Below, one piece after another: positions 62,608 to 64,000 of a stretch of 64,000 nucleotides of DNA. The stretch lies in the NCBI RefSeq assembly GCF_009914755.1, contig NC_060946.1. The stretch is one strand, 5' to 3'. Every line of letters starts with the position of its first letter. Position 1 is the stretch's first letter. The notes under the pieces were generated by a model, which was given only the letters and a program-made list of their open reading frames with translations, had not been told where the DNA came from and ran no database searches. Origin of the DNA: the human T2T-CHM13v2.0 reference genome, Homo sapiens. Made by a program: the position numbers and the translations under genes.

Positions 62608-64000
62608 TTATATATGGTATATACTATATGTTATGGAATATGCTTTATATGTAATATATAACCTCATATATATTATATGTCATAATACATAATATTTATC
62701 CTATGTCATCTTATATATATTATGTATATTACATAACGTATATAATATATAATACAGATTATGCATCTTAAATATGAAAATATATAATTATTGATAACAT
62801 CACATATAGTTATATATAATATGATATATAACGTATATACTATATCATATGTGATATATAATATATATATTTTTATTACATATTATAATTTATATATATT
62901 ATAATTTATATAAAGATATTATAATTTATGTAATATAAATAATTATATATAATCATATAATGAGGTATAATATAAATAATAATCTATACGATTACATATT
63001 TATGTAGTTATCTGTATAAAAATATAATTATATATATAATTATATATATCATATAATAGACAACATACATATTGTATAATGTATAATATATATTATACAA
63101 TGTATGATACATATATGATATTTAATATATCATAATAGAATATATATTTTAATATTATGTATGTAACGTATATTATGTGATATATAATATATATTATGTA
63201 ATATAAAATAATATAATATATTTTATAATATGATATATTATGTAAAGTAAGTAATAAAATTATATATAACATAATATATACTTATGTATAATATAACATA
63301 TAATTATGTACATTATATTTTATATGTACATATAATATTATACAGTTATATATAATTTTGAATAGTTACATATAATGTAATATAAAACATATATAATATA
63401 TATCATAAAATATATATATTATACCATATATAATATGTATCATATATTTTGTGTTATATGTCATATATCGTATATCATATATCATATGTTATATGTTATA
63501 TATATCACATTCCACATATTGTGTATTATAAATTATATATAATATATGACATACATTACATTATATTTGATAAATTATACATTATATGTAACATAGTATA
63601 TATTATATGTAACATGTATATTCTATGGAAAATATATGATATATAACATATATTATATATAATTAATGACATAGACATATAATATATATTTAATATATGT
63701 ATTATACATACAACATATTGTATATAATATATAACATATATTACATAAAAGTCATAAAATATAATATATATTGTATGTCATATTTTACATTTACAGTTAT
63801 ATATTATTATATGTTATTTTATCTCATATATAACATAGAAACAATATGTATTATATATAATGTATATTATATATAACATAGATATAATAGATATAATATA
63901 TGTAATGTATATTATATATTTAATACGTATATTAACCATATAATATATTCTATATATGAAATATAATATATCTTATATATGTCATAAAATATAACGTATA
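62608..64000. repeat. AT-rich degenerate simple repeat (partial, last unit, divergent subtype)
   Basis: Follows the U26 Alu tail and is cut by the window end. Shares diagnostic variants with 48098-49490. Confidence 0.9.

Overview
The whole 64-kb window is one uninterrupted head-to-tail tandem array of a ~2.42-kb composite unit (about 26.5 copies; modal period 2419 bp, range 2414-2422). Each unit has ~1.56 kb of degenerate AT-rich simple sequence, a ~570-bp HSATI-type satellite segment, and a 5'-truncated, diverged Alu (+ strand, AluSc/Y-like, with an internal 16-bp duplication) ending in A8. This architecture, the period and a predicted ~2.0-kb HaeIII fragment match the human DYZ2 (HSat1B) satellite, mainly of Yq12 heterochromatin. 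I see no credible genes; all ORFs in the track are artefacts of the repeat. This is a known element, and I found no new gene system. What is worth a second look is the variant structure inside the array: at least four monomer subtypes, a block duplicated at a 7-unit offset (16,933 bp), a divergent segment repeated at a 6-unit offset (14,510 bp), mappable subtype junctions, AT-rich palindromes in each unit, and retained Pol III A/B-box-like motifs in every Alu copy. Units are numbered U1-U26 by their HSATI+Alu block. All comparisons were made by eye.
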